Part shown: one piece after another, positions 10,897 to 20,560 of the stretch
Position numbering within the stretch: position 1 is the stretch's first letter
How the letters are laid out: each line of letters starts with the position of its first letter
Assembly: GCA_008690995.1 (NCBI GenBank)
Contig: VRMN01000004.1
Location: 186,001-250,000 of the forward strand
Direction of reading: 5' to 3'
Source of the DNA: Porphyridium purpureum
Lineage: Eukaryota
DNA: 64,000 nt
The notes under the pieces: generated by a model
What the model was told of the DNA's origin: nothing
What the model saw: the letters and a program-made list of their open reading frames with translations, nothing else
Databases searched by the model: none
Translations under genes and position numbers: made by a program

Positions 10897-10956
10897 CCGC
10901 TGTGGCTCATCGCGGGCGGTCGGACTCGGGCGGTGACGAAACGACGGCGCGGCAGA

Positions 10957-11985
10957 ATGGCGGAGCACGTGGCGAGTAAAATGGAAGAGGACGACGAGGA
11001 TGAGCTGCTTGATGGCCTGCTAGATTCAGCACTGGATGAGTTTGACTGTGGGACCCGCGGGCAGGGAAACGATGGGTCCGGGTCTGGGTCCGGGTCCGGG
11101 TCACGGAGCGCCTCCACCGATGTTGCCGGCGTGCTCGCTGCGAAAGAGGGCGGCAGTGAGATTCAAGGTGCGCCATTGAATAATGCGAGAGGGCGCAATC
11201 CCGCCATGACCAGCACAGTGCGCGAAACAGAGACGGACCCGCTCTTGCGTGCACTTTCGGCATTGAACACAGCAAACGCCGCGGCGCAGGAAAAGAAAAC
11301 TGCCAGCGGCGGCGGCCCGGACGCTGACGATCTTATGATGAAAGAGCTTTTAGAGGCGCTGTCCAAGTCAATGCCACAAGGACAGGAAGGCGACGAAGGT
11401 GATGCGAGTGACGCGGACGGCGTGCAGAACATTTTACACGAGCTTTTGAATTCGAATCGTGCCAGCGGTGCACGTTCTGGAGATGCTCCATCGCGTTCAG
11501 CTGCGGAAACCGCGAGCGGCTCGGACGCATCGGCGCCATCCGAGGCCAACCCCGATCAGTTTGAAGCGCTCGTGGAGGGTATTATGGCCGAAATACTGTC
11601 CACAGACCTCATGAAGGCCCCAATAACGCAGGTTAAAGCCCAGTACGATTCATATCTGGCGAGCGAAGAGGCGGCCGCACTGGACCCTGCGGAGCGCGAG
11701 CGATACCAGAAGCAAGCGCTTTGTATGGCGGAAATTGTACAGACGTATGATACGGGATCTGATCTGAGCCGGGTGCAAGAGTTGCTCGAAAAAATGCAAG
11801 ATTACGGCGAGCCGCCGCCAAGCATTGCTGCCGAAATTGACGCGAGTCGCGAGGCCGAAGCCGCGCGTGGAAATGCGAGCGCGAGCGCGTCAGAAGCCGG
11901 AAACAGTGGGTTCGAGGATGGAGAAAATCTGCCGGCTGAGCTGGAGCACTTGCAGAAATTTGCAGATCAATGCGCGACTCAGTAA
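10957..11985 (+). CDS. PEX19: Peroxisomal biogenesis factor 19
   Basis: N-terminal LDGLLDSALDEF; GIMAEILSTDLMKAPI, ERERYQKQ, LLEKMQDYGEPPPSI; C-terminal CaaX CATQ. Confidence 0.92.
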   Translation: MAEHVASKMEEDDEDELLDGLLDSALDEFDCGTRGQGNDGSGSGSGSGSRSASTDVAGVLAAKEGGSEIQGAPLNNARGRNPAMTSTVRETETDPLLRALSALNTANAAAQEKKTASGGGPDADDLMMKELLEALSKSMPQGQEGDEGDASDADGVQNILHELLNSNRASGARSGDAPSRSAAETASGSDASAPSEANPDQFEALVEGIMAEILSTDLMKAPITQVKAQYDSYLASEEAAALDPAERERYQKQALCMAEIVQTYDTGSDLSRVQELLEKMQDYGEPPPSIAAEIDASREAEAARGNASASASEAGNSGFEDGENLPAELEHLQKFADQCATQ

Positions 11986-12111
11986 AGGACAAACGCCTCG
12001 TTTAAGATCATACTCTTTTCTTTTTCTTTTGCGTGCACGTCTATTTGGTAGTTGTTCTTCTTTTGTTCTGGGCAGGCGAGTGGACATGACTGGGCGTGCA
12101 TCATGCGCACT

Positions 12112-12906
12112 CTACCGCGTGCCCGCCGTGTTCTGTCGCGGCATGTGGTTGTTCCCGCCAGCTGACGCGTTGCGACGCATCTGCCTCAGACTGGCCAATT
12201 TCTTCTCGCGAGCGTGATATAGTTTCCTCTGCTCCACATACTTGCGCAAAAACTCGTCGAAGGGCATTTCGCGGCCCATGCCTTGCTCGTGCAGACGCAT
12301 GGATTCGCGGTCTGCGTCCTCCATGTGCATCTCTAGGCGATGCTCGAGCGCGTCGGGCGCATTCTGACGCACGATATCGTTGTGTTTTTGTCGGAGCGCC
12401 TCGACGTCTTGTAAGAGGCTGGCATGATCTTTATCCGCGGCGTGCAGCCGGTCTGTCCACTCGGCGTTTGACTTTGACTCTTTCAAGTCTTCGAGTTCCT
12501 TGCGCTTAGTCGCAACAGTCTCCTTTGTGGTTTCGACGGCGCGCGCTAGCTCGGACACGTACGCGTGGCGATTCAGCATCGACTCGAGCGCGCCTTGGTT
12601 TCGCAGCAGCGCCTCGAGCTCCTGCACACTTTTCTGCGCGAGCTCTGGGAAATCCTGCGGCACTGGCGGGAGCTCATGCTTCCTCCCTCCTTCGCCCGGC
12701 GCGGGCCTCTGCAAAGTCGCGACAGACCCAAACGAGCCAAACGAGCCCGAGGCGTTCGCGTCGAACAAATTATGCTGCGAATTCCACAGATTCACGGGCC
12801 CGGATGTGTGCACATGCTGCAGCCCGCCAGGCGCAGCTGCCGCATTTCCATTCGCATGTCCGGAGCCATACGGATTATCCCACGACGTCTGCGGCACCGC
12901 CCACAT
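12112..12906 (-). CDS. VPS37: ESCRT-I subunit VPS37 (Mod(r) domain)
   Basis: ATG at 12906. LPPVPQDFPELAQKSVQELEALL, coiled coil, EDADRESMRL, FDEFLRKYVEQRKLYHAREKK. Confidence 0.82.
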   Translation of the reverse strand: MWAVPQTSWDNPYGSGHANGNAAAAPGGLQHVHTSGPVNLWNSQHNLFDANASGSFGSFGSVATLQRPAPGEGGRKHELPPVPQDFPELAQKSVQELEALLRNQGALESMLNRHAYVSELARAVETTKETVATKRKELEDLKESKSNAEWTDRLHAADKDHASLLQDVEALRQKHNDIVRQNAPDALEHRLEMHMEDADRESMRLHEQGMGREMPFDEFLRKYVEQRKLYHAREKKLASLRQMRRNASAGGNNHMPRQNTAGTR

Positions 12907-12924
12907 CTCCACGCCACCACCTTT

Positions 12925-12952
12925 TCTCTCTCGCTCTCTCTCTCTCTCTCTC
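12925..12952. repeat. (CT)n microsatellite in the VPS37 5' leader
   Basis: Read directly from the sequence; it is (GA)n on the coding strand, about 20 nt before the ATG. Confidence 0.9.
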
Positions 12953-13598
12953 CTCTCACCCTCTTCGTCTCCCCGCCCCACCCAGCTTTCGTCCCGACAC
13001 ACAAACACTTCACCCGCAAGAATTCAAGCAAACACCAACTGTACTCTCTCCGAACATACTAAATCCACTCAATTTGTATAGCACATCAATACTGTACCTC
13101 GCTCTGTTCCTCCGTGATCGGGTTTTCACACAGACGATGCAATGCGGCAGGACGGTTAACGGCTTAACGGCTATATGTTAACCGATAAGACCGGGTTTTG
13201 AGCGACGTGAGCGTGTGGGTTTGCGAGTGTCAGGCAGGCAGAGCGAGCGAGAGACTCGGGCCTGGACGAGACTGATGGTTGAGGCCGTCCGGCACGGCAG
13301 GAGTGTCCGTCTCGCAAAGTCGGCGCGACGCGCGGCAGCTTCGTTCGGGCTGAAGCGCGATTTTCCACAAACGCGCGCGCGCATGCGGCACGGCGCGTTG
13401 TTTTGTGTGGTCGCGGACTGTACACCTCTCCCCAAGTTGTCCGTGCTTGATTGACAAGTTCTGTGAAGAAAGACGCTGTTTTGGTATGAAAGCGGCATGA
13501 AGGAGCGCGCGGGCAGGATTTGAGAGGGGACGTGAGTTGGTGGTCGTAGGTGTGGAAGAGGAAGGACGAGGGGTGTGGTGCGCGACGGGGCGTGGAGG

Positions 13599-14561
13599 AT
13601 GGTGGGGATGTGGAGAAGATCGGGACGCGGAGCGCACGCCGCTACGGCGGTGGCGGCGGCGCTGCTGGCATTGGTGGCGGTCGTGGTGCTGGGAGTCAAC
13701 GCGGATGAGGGCGATGACGTGTTTGTCGAGATGATGGATGCGGAGGATATCGGGGATCTGGCTGGCGCCGGGCACGGCTTGCATGATAACGAGATGGACG
13801 CCGTCGTCCGCGCGCAGAAGGAGAAGATGAAGAGGCAGATGTCGCGCGCACATCCGCTCACCGACATGCCGGACAGCATGGACGGCGTGGTCTCGGCGTT
13901 CATGATTGAAGGGGACGGGCGCACCGGAACACAGGCGCAGCCTGCGGATGCAGACGCCGCCGTGCCGGTGTTTGTGATGGGCAAGGAGAGCAAGATCGTG
14001 GGCGCCCTGTCAAACAGCGGCCCGTTGCCGATTCATGTTGGAGGCGTCATGGGCTCGCTCAGCAACAAGGCAGACTTTACAAACTACATCCAGAACTACA
14101 CGTACGAGTTTGTCAATCGCACGTTGTTCCCGGGCGAGCAGACCAGCTTTGTGTACGCGTTCAAGCCGTACGAACGACTCGAGGCGACCGAGTACATCTT
14201 GGCGATCTCGGTGTTTTACGACTCGCTCGAGGTCGTGCAGGAAATGCTCCAGCCGGCGGGCCTTCATTCGCAGACCTTTTTCAACCAGACAGTCTCCATG
14301 CTCGAGCGCGAGAGCGCGATCGATAACCGCGTGTTCTACATCCTTCTGGTCGTGATCACCGTGGTTTTGATCGCGGTCATTCTTTCGTGGACGACAATCT
14401 CCAAAATGATCCGGAATCAACGTAAGAAACGAGGCGCGCCAGTCGCCAAGGAGACAGGCACCCGCGTTGTGGCTGATGATGCGTGGCTTGCCAGTCACAA
14501 GGAGCTGCAGGCCTCCGCGGGAGTCGTTCAGCGCAAGAAGGCGGCGCCGGTAGAAGAATAG
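13599..14561 (+). CDS. SSR1: Translocon-associated protein subunit alpha (TRAP-alpha)
   Basis: Signal peptide, acidic N-terminus, YIQNYT, QTSFVYAFKP, TFFNQTV, one TM, and a tail with KETGT...DDAWL. Confidence 0.88.
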   Translation: MVGMWRRSGRGAHAATAVAAALLALVAVVVLGVNADEGDDVFVEMMDAEDIGDLAGAGHGLHDNEMDAVVRAQKEKMKRQMSRAHPLTDMPDSMDGVVSAFMIEGDGRTGTQAQPADADAAVPVFVMGKESKIVGALSNSGPLPIHVGGVMGSLSNKADFTNYIQNYTYEFVNRTLFPGEQTSFVYAFKPYERLEATEYILAISVFYDSLEVVQEMLQPAGLHSQTFFNQTVSMLERESAIDNRVFYILLVVITVVLIAVILSWTTISKMIRNQRKKRGAPVAKETGTRVVADDAWLASHKELQASAGVVQRKKAAPVEE

Positions 14562-14673
14562 GTTCTTGTTCGGGCGTTTCATGTGCAAGCGCCACCTTGC
14601 GCATCGCAACTAGCGTGCACACGCGATCGCAGCATACAACTTAAAGTAGTCTAGCGCGCACACTTGGCCCATC

Positions 14674-15381
14674 CTAGCATTTTCTGGCCAGCTCGTCGAA
14701 TGAAAAATGCTTCGAGTCCCGGTTGAATTGGTGAAGCAAGTCGACGTGCGCGCGGTCGCCAAGATAAAACTTGCGCGCAAGCTTCATCACGTGCTTGCCT
14801 TCATTTAGCGTCATTTGCTTCAAAAACACCTCGCCGCGCATAAGCGCAATCATTTTGGTCTTGACGAGCTCCGGATAAAGCGACAGGATAAACCACGGCT
14901 GCGCGGCCGCAGGGTCGGCTTTGTACTCTTCCAAAAACGTCATGAAGCAGTGATCACCTTGCCACTGAGCGAACAGGGTGTAGAAGCCGTCGCGATCGGA
15001 CTGCTTTATGGGGTAGACGAACATCGGATACTTGACAGCATTCGCTCGAAGCGCATCCAGCTCGGCCGGCGTCAGCACGTCACCCATGGCGGTCTGGTGC
15101 TGCTTGTAATGCTCGCTCCAGATCTGTTTAATTTCGCCCGCACTCGCCTTTTCCATCAGCGGCAGCTTGACCACTTCGCGCAGACTCTTGGCCACGGGCA
15201 GCGTGAAGCCTTTCACTTTGCCCCCGGACGGCGCCGACACGCCCGGAACAAACACGTCGCCGCTCATGCTTCTTGAGCCGTGTTCGTACCGCACAGCGTG
15301 CCGTGGCACATCACGACCACGGACGTACTGTTGTGTCTGAAACACACGCTGCAAACTCTGCACTCGCCGCGTCCACCACAT
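14674..15381 (-). CDS. ATP11: Mitochondrial F1 ATP synthase assembly factor ATP11
   Basis: ATG at 15381. KSLREVVKLPL, EIKQIWSEHY, YPMFVYP, FMTFLEEYK, LYPELVKTKMIALMRGEV, HQFN...FSF. Confidence 0.9.
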   Translation of the reverse strand: MWWTRRVQSLQRVFQTQQYVRGRDVPRHAVRYEHGSRSMSGDVFVPGVSAPSGGKVKGFTLPVAKSLREVVKLPLMEKASAGEIKQIWSEHYKQHQTAMGDVLTPAELDALRANAVKYPMFVYPIKQSDRDGFYTLFAQWQGDHCFMTFLEEYKADPAAAQPWFILSLYPELVKTKMIALMRGEVFLKQMTLNEGKHVMKLARKFYLGDRAHVDLLHQFNRDSKHFSFDELARKC

Positions 15382-15498
15382 TCTGTGCGTTCCGCCACCT
15401 TGGACGGAACAACAGACGTGCGTGCACGAGGTTGTGGAGGGTGGAGAAAGGATTTGTGGACAGGTTGAGCAAGCGTGTGGGCACAGAAGCACAGAGAG

Positions 15499-15837
15499 AT
15501 GGCATTCGTAGGCGCGGGGAGTGGCATACCGCCCATGAGCGGAAAGACGCACGGAGTGCTTTGCGCACGCTCGCGCTGCGCAAACGTCACTCGAGCGAAA
15601 AAGACGTTGCGCGTAAGCATGTCCGCAGTGCAGCCGACAGGGGTGCAGCCAGAGGACTTCATCTTCATGGGCGTGGCGGGCTTGGTGCTGGTGGGAGCCT
15701 TTTTCCTGCAGAAGTCGCTCGGCGACGTGGTTGCAGACGAGGCCGGACTGCCGCCGGCGGGAAGTGCCAAATCGAGGCGCGAGGCCCAGCGTTCCAGCAG
15801 GTTCCTGCAGAAGAAGAACAGGAGCGACGACGAGTAG
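15499..15837 (+). CDS. Small plastid-targeted single-TM protein
   Basis: MAFVG... red-algal-type transit peptide, TM FIFMGVAGLVLVGAFFL, basic tail. Divergent from ATP11. Confidence 0.6.
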   Translation: MAFVGAGSGIPPMSGKTHGVLCARSRCANVTRAKKTLRVSMSAVQPTGVQPEDFIFMGVAGLVLVGAFFLQKSLGDVVADEAGLPPAGSAKSRREAQRSSRFLQKKNRSDDE

Positions 15838-15958
15838 GGCTAAAGCTTACGGTCCCGGTAAAAGTCACTTCACGTATCGAGACACACACGGCTATGTTTA
15901 TTATCGAGAGAAGGACTATTATACAGCAAACAGGGATTACGAAAGCACGCATCAACAC

Positions 15959-17596
15959 TTAGTAATAATCGTAGACGTCCGCCCCACCAATTCCAGTGGC
16001 AGCGTCGTCCACATGGGGACTCGTCCCCGTACCGACTCCAATGGCACGCGCCGCGTACTGCTGCCCAGCAGCACGGCCCGAGTCGCTAGACCGACTTTCC
16101 ATAAAGTCCTGTTGTTCCGAGTACAGACCGATCCAAATCGGCTCCAGCTTGCCGTTCGACGCGTCTGTGATGCGATCGACGGTCTGCAGAGAGTTCGTGG
16201 TGTCCGAATAGCACGTCGCATTGTCAAACTCCCAGTCTGCCTCCAAGGGTACTTCCGTGGACCAGACAAGCGGCGGATTGACACACTCCTTTCCGGGGCC
16301 CACGTTGTGCTCCTTCACTCCGATTCCCACGTTCTCTGAGCTCATCAACCCAGACGCGCCATCCGCGGCACGAGCCGAGCCGACTCCAGCGCCCGGCAAC
16401 GTTGCGTCCTTTCCGCCGCGTCCAGACGGCTGCACAGCGTGAGAAAGATGCAGCCCGGGAATCATCAATCCAAACAAGCACACAAAAATCAAAAGCGATG
16501 TGACGCCCACGTTCACGTTGCGCTTTCTTGCGTCTGGATCAACTGCAAATGTGTGAAGCACGCCTTCCCACATTGTGCGAGCCGCGCTCGGCGCTGCGTG
16601 GCCCTTTGGACCTTCCTGCGGAGCCACGTCCACATCCTCCTCAACGCCGGAAGCGAGTTGGCCTTGCTCCAAACGAGCAATCTCAGACTCTCGCAATTCC
16701 CTCAAAACTGCCAAATCAGCGCGCAGCTGCTCGGCCTCTCGATTCAACTCGTCGCGCAGCAATGTCTGTAGCTCGATCCCGCGCTCCAAACACGACGCGT
16801 ACTCGCGCTTACGAATCCGCGAAATAAATGCAGAATTTCTGTTTTTTTGAAGGCGCCTACTTTCGCGATCCTCGGGGGCCACGCGGGCGCGCTTTCTTCC
16901 TGGGGTGGCTTGAGGCGCGCCCTTGCCCAATTTAGCGTGCAGCTGCTCGACGGCCCTCTCGTGCGCCTCCTCCATCGCGCGAGTCACTGCGGACAACTCG
17001 CCTTCAGCCTCGGGGCGCGGCGGTGTCGTATATGAATCCAATTCGCTTGCGGTGCTCACTTCGGACCCAGGCGCTGGCACTTGCAGAGTGGGGGCCAATG
17101 GTTCCTGCTTGCACATTAGCTCAGACAGAGAAGACTCTGACATCGTGTTTGTGTCAGTTCCCGCGGTCTCCCTTGCGAGCAAGTCTGGCGGCACGAAATG
17201 ATCTACAAAGTCCAAATGCGTGGCTTCGTCATGGAGCTCAAACAACGGCTCATGCGGCGCGCCCGGAAAGGCATCCAGGGGCAGCCACAAACTGTTCTCG
17301 CCCGCGGCGAACTGCTCCAACTCGTCGAACCCGGCACGCCCCATCGACAGCGGCGCGACGAGCTCAAACTCAAACGCGGCGTCATCAAACACCGCACGCA
17401 TCTCGTCGTCCGCGAACTCCGCGTCCATTCCGCGCGCCGGCGCCGCATTCCCGCTCTGCCGCGAGCCCACGGACGCCCAGCTCGCGCTCGGGGACCCCCC
17501 TCGCGCGGCGCCGACCGCCGCGCCCTGCGAAGCGGCGCTCACGCCCTCCCACTCCCCGGACCCGCACTCCTCCATCCCGACCCCACCCCTGCCCAT
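15959..17596 (-). CDS. Membrane-tethered bZIP transcription factor (ATF6/bZIP17/28-like architecture)
   Basis: First ATG at 17596. Basic region RRLQKNRNSAFISRIRKREY plus leucine zipper, then TM VGVTSLLIFVCLFGLMIPGL and a C-terminal luminal-type tail. Confidence 0.85.
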   Translation of the reverse strand: MGRGGVGMEECGSGEWEGVSAASQGAAVGAARGGSPSASWASVGSRQSGNAAPARGMDAEFADDEMRAVFDDAAFEFELVAPLSMGRAGFDELEQFAAGENSLWLPLDAFPGAPHEPLFELHDEATHLDFVDHFVPPDLLARETAGTDTNTMSESSLSELMCKQEPLAPTLQVPAPGSEVSTASELDSYTTPPRPEAEGELSAVTRAMEEAHERAVEQLHAKLGKGAPQATPGRKRARVAPEDRESRRLQKNRNSAFISRIRKREYASCLERGIELQTLLRDELNREAEQLRADLAVLRELRESEIARLEQGQLASGVEEDVDVAPQEGPKGHAAPSAARTMWEGVLHTFAVDPDARKRNVNVGVTSLLIFVCLFGLMIPGLHLSHAVQPSGRGGKDATLPGAGVGSARAADGASGLMSSENVGIGVKEHNVGPGKECVNPPLVWSTEVPLEADWEFDNATCYSDTTNSLQTVDRITDASNGKLEPIWIGLYSEQQDFMESRSSDSGRAAGQQYAARAIGVGTGTSPHVDDAATGIGGADVYDYY

Positions 17597-18415
17597 ACCA
17601 CCCACCAGCCCGCTCTGCCTCCTTCTCTCACTCACATCCACCCCGCCGCATCATCCCTTCCCGCCTGTCCCCCCTCACCATCATTCCCCCTTCCCTTCTC
17701 CCCTTCCCCGCGTGTCCAACTCGCGTCCCTTTTTATCCACCTCGACCTTTTCGCCGGTTCGCGCATGCCGCGCTGTCCTCTCTGTCCCTCCGACTCCGAC
17801 TCGTCTCGCTCTCACTCACTCGCGCTCGTTCCACTCGCACTGTACCACCCGAACGAACTTCAGCTTGTTTGTAAGTAACGGCGAACTGGGTCAACTGTGC
17901 GTTTACATCGAAGCTCCGACTGCAAAAGCGATAAGGAACAGGAGCGGGGAGGAGGAGGCGGTACAGTGGGAGTGGTGGCCGGTGTAAGCGGCGGCGTTGG
18001 ACAGCGCGGGCGAGTGCCACGTGAGGGCGGTGGGGGCGGTGGGAGATAACAGCATGAGCGTGCAATGACTCGCGCTAGGCGACGCGGCATGCGTGTGTGC
18101 GCGGCGTCGGCGGGTGTGTGTTCGTTAGCCCTGCGCGTTCTGCCGCCGGTTGAGGGTGAGGGATTGGGTTTCGGGTTGCCTCTCTCGTGGCATTATGCGA
18201 CATCTTTCCTTGAGCTGGCGGCGTGGTTATACAGGTAACCTTTGCAGTAAAGATCGCTGGTGCACAAGGATGTGTTTCGTTCGTTGGGTTGCGACATTCC
18301 GCAGGCGGTGGACGAATGCTTTTAGGAACAGTGTCTGCGAAAGGAAGCAGTTGGCCTGATTTTGTTGCGAGGTCCAGCACGGCTGCCTAGTGTGCTTCCG
18401 TGCGTCGGGCTAGCG

Positions 18416-18796
18416 ATGAAGCTGGACCGCTGCCTTCCACAATTGTGCTCGAACCTGGTATTTCGATGTGGTGGCATACCACTTTATATCAGTCGCCTAC
18501 TGAAGAATTTCATGCGAAATGAAAATGAGGAGCTTCTCGACTGGTTATCGTACTCGCCAGACCGGAATGACACGAAGAACTTGTGGACAGTACTAGTGCG
18601 CAGGGTTGACGAGGGTACACAGCAGTGTCAGACCGTACTGGAGCTCAAAAACGCCATCACACATTGGCTCGGGAGACTTTTGACTAGCCTGTACTGGACA
18701 ACTTGTACGCGCCTCTCTCGAACAGCATGCTCGGCCGTGCGTATCCTCGAGGGACATGTGTACAAGCAACAAGCGACCGATTTGTATCCTCTCTAG
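18416..18796 (+). pseudogene. Degenerate Tc1-family (DD34E) transposase C-terminal fragment
   Basis: LVFRCGGIP...LLDWLSYSPDRNDTKNLWTVLVRRV...ELKNAI aligns to F.FQQDNAP...WPSYSPDLNPIENLW..LKR.V. The 34-residue spacing is kept but D>G and E>K. Confidence 0.85.
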
Positions 18797-18821
18797 CTGA
18801 GTAAATACCAAATATGTACCG

Positions 18822-18917
18822 TGTCCCCTATCCGTTCTGTCCTCCCTCTCTCCATGTTGTAGATAAAAAAGATCATTTTACTAGTAAAACTGCAAGACCG
18901 GGTCTGTCCCCTATCCG
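18822..18917. repeat. 13-bp direct repeat TGTCCCCTATCCG just downstream of the transposase relic
   Basis: Exact copies at 18822-18834 and 18905-18917. Confidence 0.8.
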
Positions 18918-19484
18918 GTTTGGTCGCTCCGCTGAGTCGCAGCCCGCGGCACCGGTTCGATTGACGTGAGCTGGTTGACCAAAGTGACCTCCGCGATGAT
19001 TAGAACAGGCGAGGTTGTGGCCGCAGCTTGATGTTCGTGGTCGTAACTGGGCCTGCTGCGGTGTCTGGGTCTTTCATTCCTTGTGTATGCGCGTGTGGGT
19101 CGCGTAAGGCAGTCGCGTCGGCAGACAGCCAGGGAAGAACACTGCGCGCCGAACTGTGCCAGCTTGTTTGCAGGGAGGTCGCCAGACAACGCCGCTCGCG
19201 TTCTCGCGCCGAGTCGGAACAACAAAGCGCTGAAGCACCGTCGGGGCCTCTTTTGGACATTCCACGCTGCGCTTGCTTGGCTTGCGCGGCCTCTGACACA
19301 TGGGTGCGGAATTGTGAGATTGAGTTCTTCACACATTCTGCAGAACAATCACAGCCCCAAGTCTCGTACCGGCGTTTGCGTTGACCTACACCACAAAGAG
19401 GGCGGACTGAGCAAGGCAAAAGGTGTTTCACGTCAGACTGGACGTGACATCCCGTCTGACGGTGACTGTTGGACCTGAAAACGC

Positions 19485-20444
19485 ATGTGCTGGAAAGACA
19501 ACATGGATACAAAGGAGAAGGATGCCGGTCCTGCGTGTCGGACGCGAAGTATGACTGGGAAGAAGCGGCACGTCTGCGCCATGGCCTCGAGAACGAAGCG
19601 GCGGCGTGTTGAGGATGATGACGAATATGGCGCAGCCGGTGCCGCCGGGGGCGCCAGAACGTTGCCACGCTCGCGGTACATGACACGGAGCGCGGCGCGC
19701 AAAAGTATTTATTTGACAGACCTGCCGGACTGTCTGAGTCGTCACATTGCATCCTTCCTCGACCTGCCGGATCTCGTTCAGTTGGCGCGCGTTTCAAAGC
19801 ATTTCAAGGCCATCGCGTTCGACGATGATGTGTGGAGGCCTCATTTAAAACTCATGCTGCACGTGCTGTTCCGCGGCGCGTGCGATAGCCGCTACGATGA
19901 CGAGCCCGGAGAGCCGATACAGAGCGTTGTCCCCATTTTCGACCGTCCGGACTGGAGCTCGAGTCTGGCGTATCGTGACTGGCTCAAAGACTGGCTCAAA
20001 ATCACCGAGCCTGTATTTCTCGACAACTCGCCCTCGCATTTTGTGTCGCTCACCATGAGCTTTCTTCATCATTCTATTTCCAGCACATGCAAGTGTCTCC
20101 CGGACGGAGCGTCGGGCAATGGCACGTGTGACCTGGTGTGCTACCACTGGCTGCTTCACCAGGCGTCGGTCAAAGATTACTACTACGGCGTCGCACGCGA
20201 CGCAGTTGCCAGTTTGCGAATTGAGTTGGGGCTTGCCTGGGAGAATGGTCTGTGCTCAGACTGTCTGCTGCCAAGGGGTTTGCATTATGGCACAGAAGAC
20301 TGTCGGCATCAGTGCACCATTTGGGAAGATGCGTTCGAGGGGCTGCCCGAAATTGAAATGTTTGGCACACCGTTTCTTGCCCTCTTTCACGACCTCTGGT
20401 TTGGCGGTGGCGTGATGGATGTCGGCGACGAGGAGGGTCTCTGA
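19485..20444 (+). CDS. F-box protein
   Basis: LTDLPDCLSRHIASFLDLPDLVQLARVSKHFKAIAFDDDVWR is a typical F-box. NLS-like KRRR; Cys/His-rich C-terminus. Exact start uncertain. Confidence 0.85.
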   Translation: MCWKDNMDTKEKDAGPACRTRSMTGKKRHVCAMASRTKRRRVEDDDEYGAAGAAGGARTLPRSRYMTRSAARKSIYLTDLPDCLSRHIASFLDLPDLVQLARVSKHFKAIAFDDDVWRPHLKLMLHVLFRGACDSRYDDEPGEPIQSVVPIFDRPDWSSSLAYRDWLKDWLKITEPVFLDNSPSHFVSLTMSFLHHSISSTCKCLPDGASGNGTCDLVCYHWLLHQASVKDYYYGVARDAVASLRIELGLAWENGLCSDCLLPRGLHYGTEDCRHQCTIWEDAFEGLPEIEMFGTPFLALFHDLWFGGGVMDVGDEEGL

Positions 20445-20560
20445 AAACGAACCGACAAATGCCGCCAGCTCCAAATGTATGATAGGGCAAGGGATGCAAG
20501 CGTGCGTGAAATGTTGCAGGTTTAAAGTCAAAAGTTCGTCGGTGGTGAGCGATCTTCCTT

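Noticed and set aside
16500..16700. Possible IRE1 (XBP1/bZIP60-type) unconventional splice hairpins in the bZIP mRNA
   Set aside because: One CCGCAG was seen, but no convincing paired stem-loops.
17961..17985. TACAGTGGG as the left terminus of the Tc1 relic
   Set aside because: No matching inverted copy downstream; indistinguishable from the general GTACAGT upstream motif.
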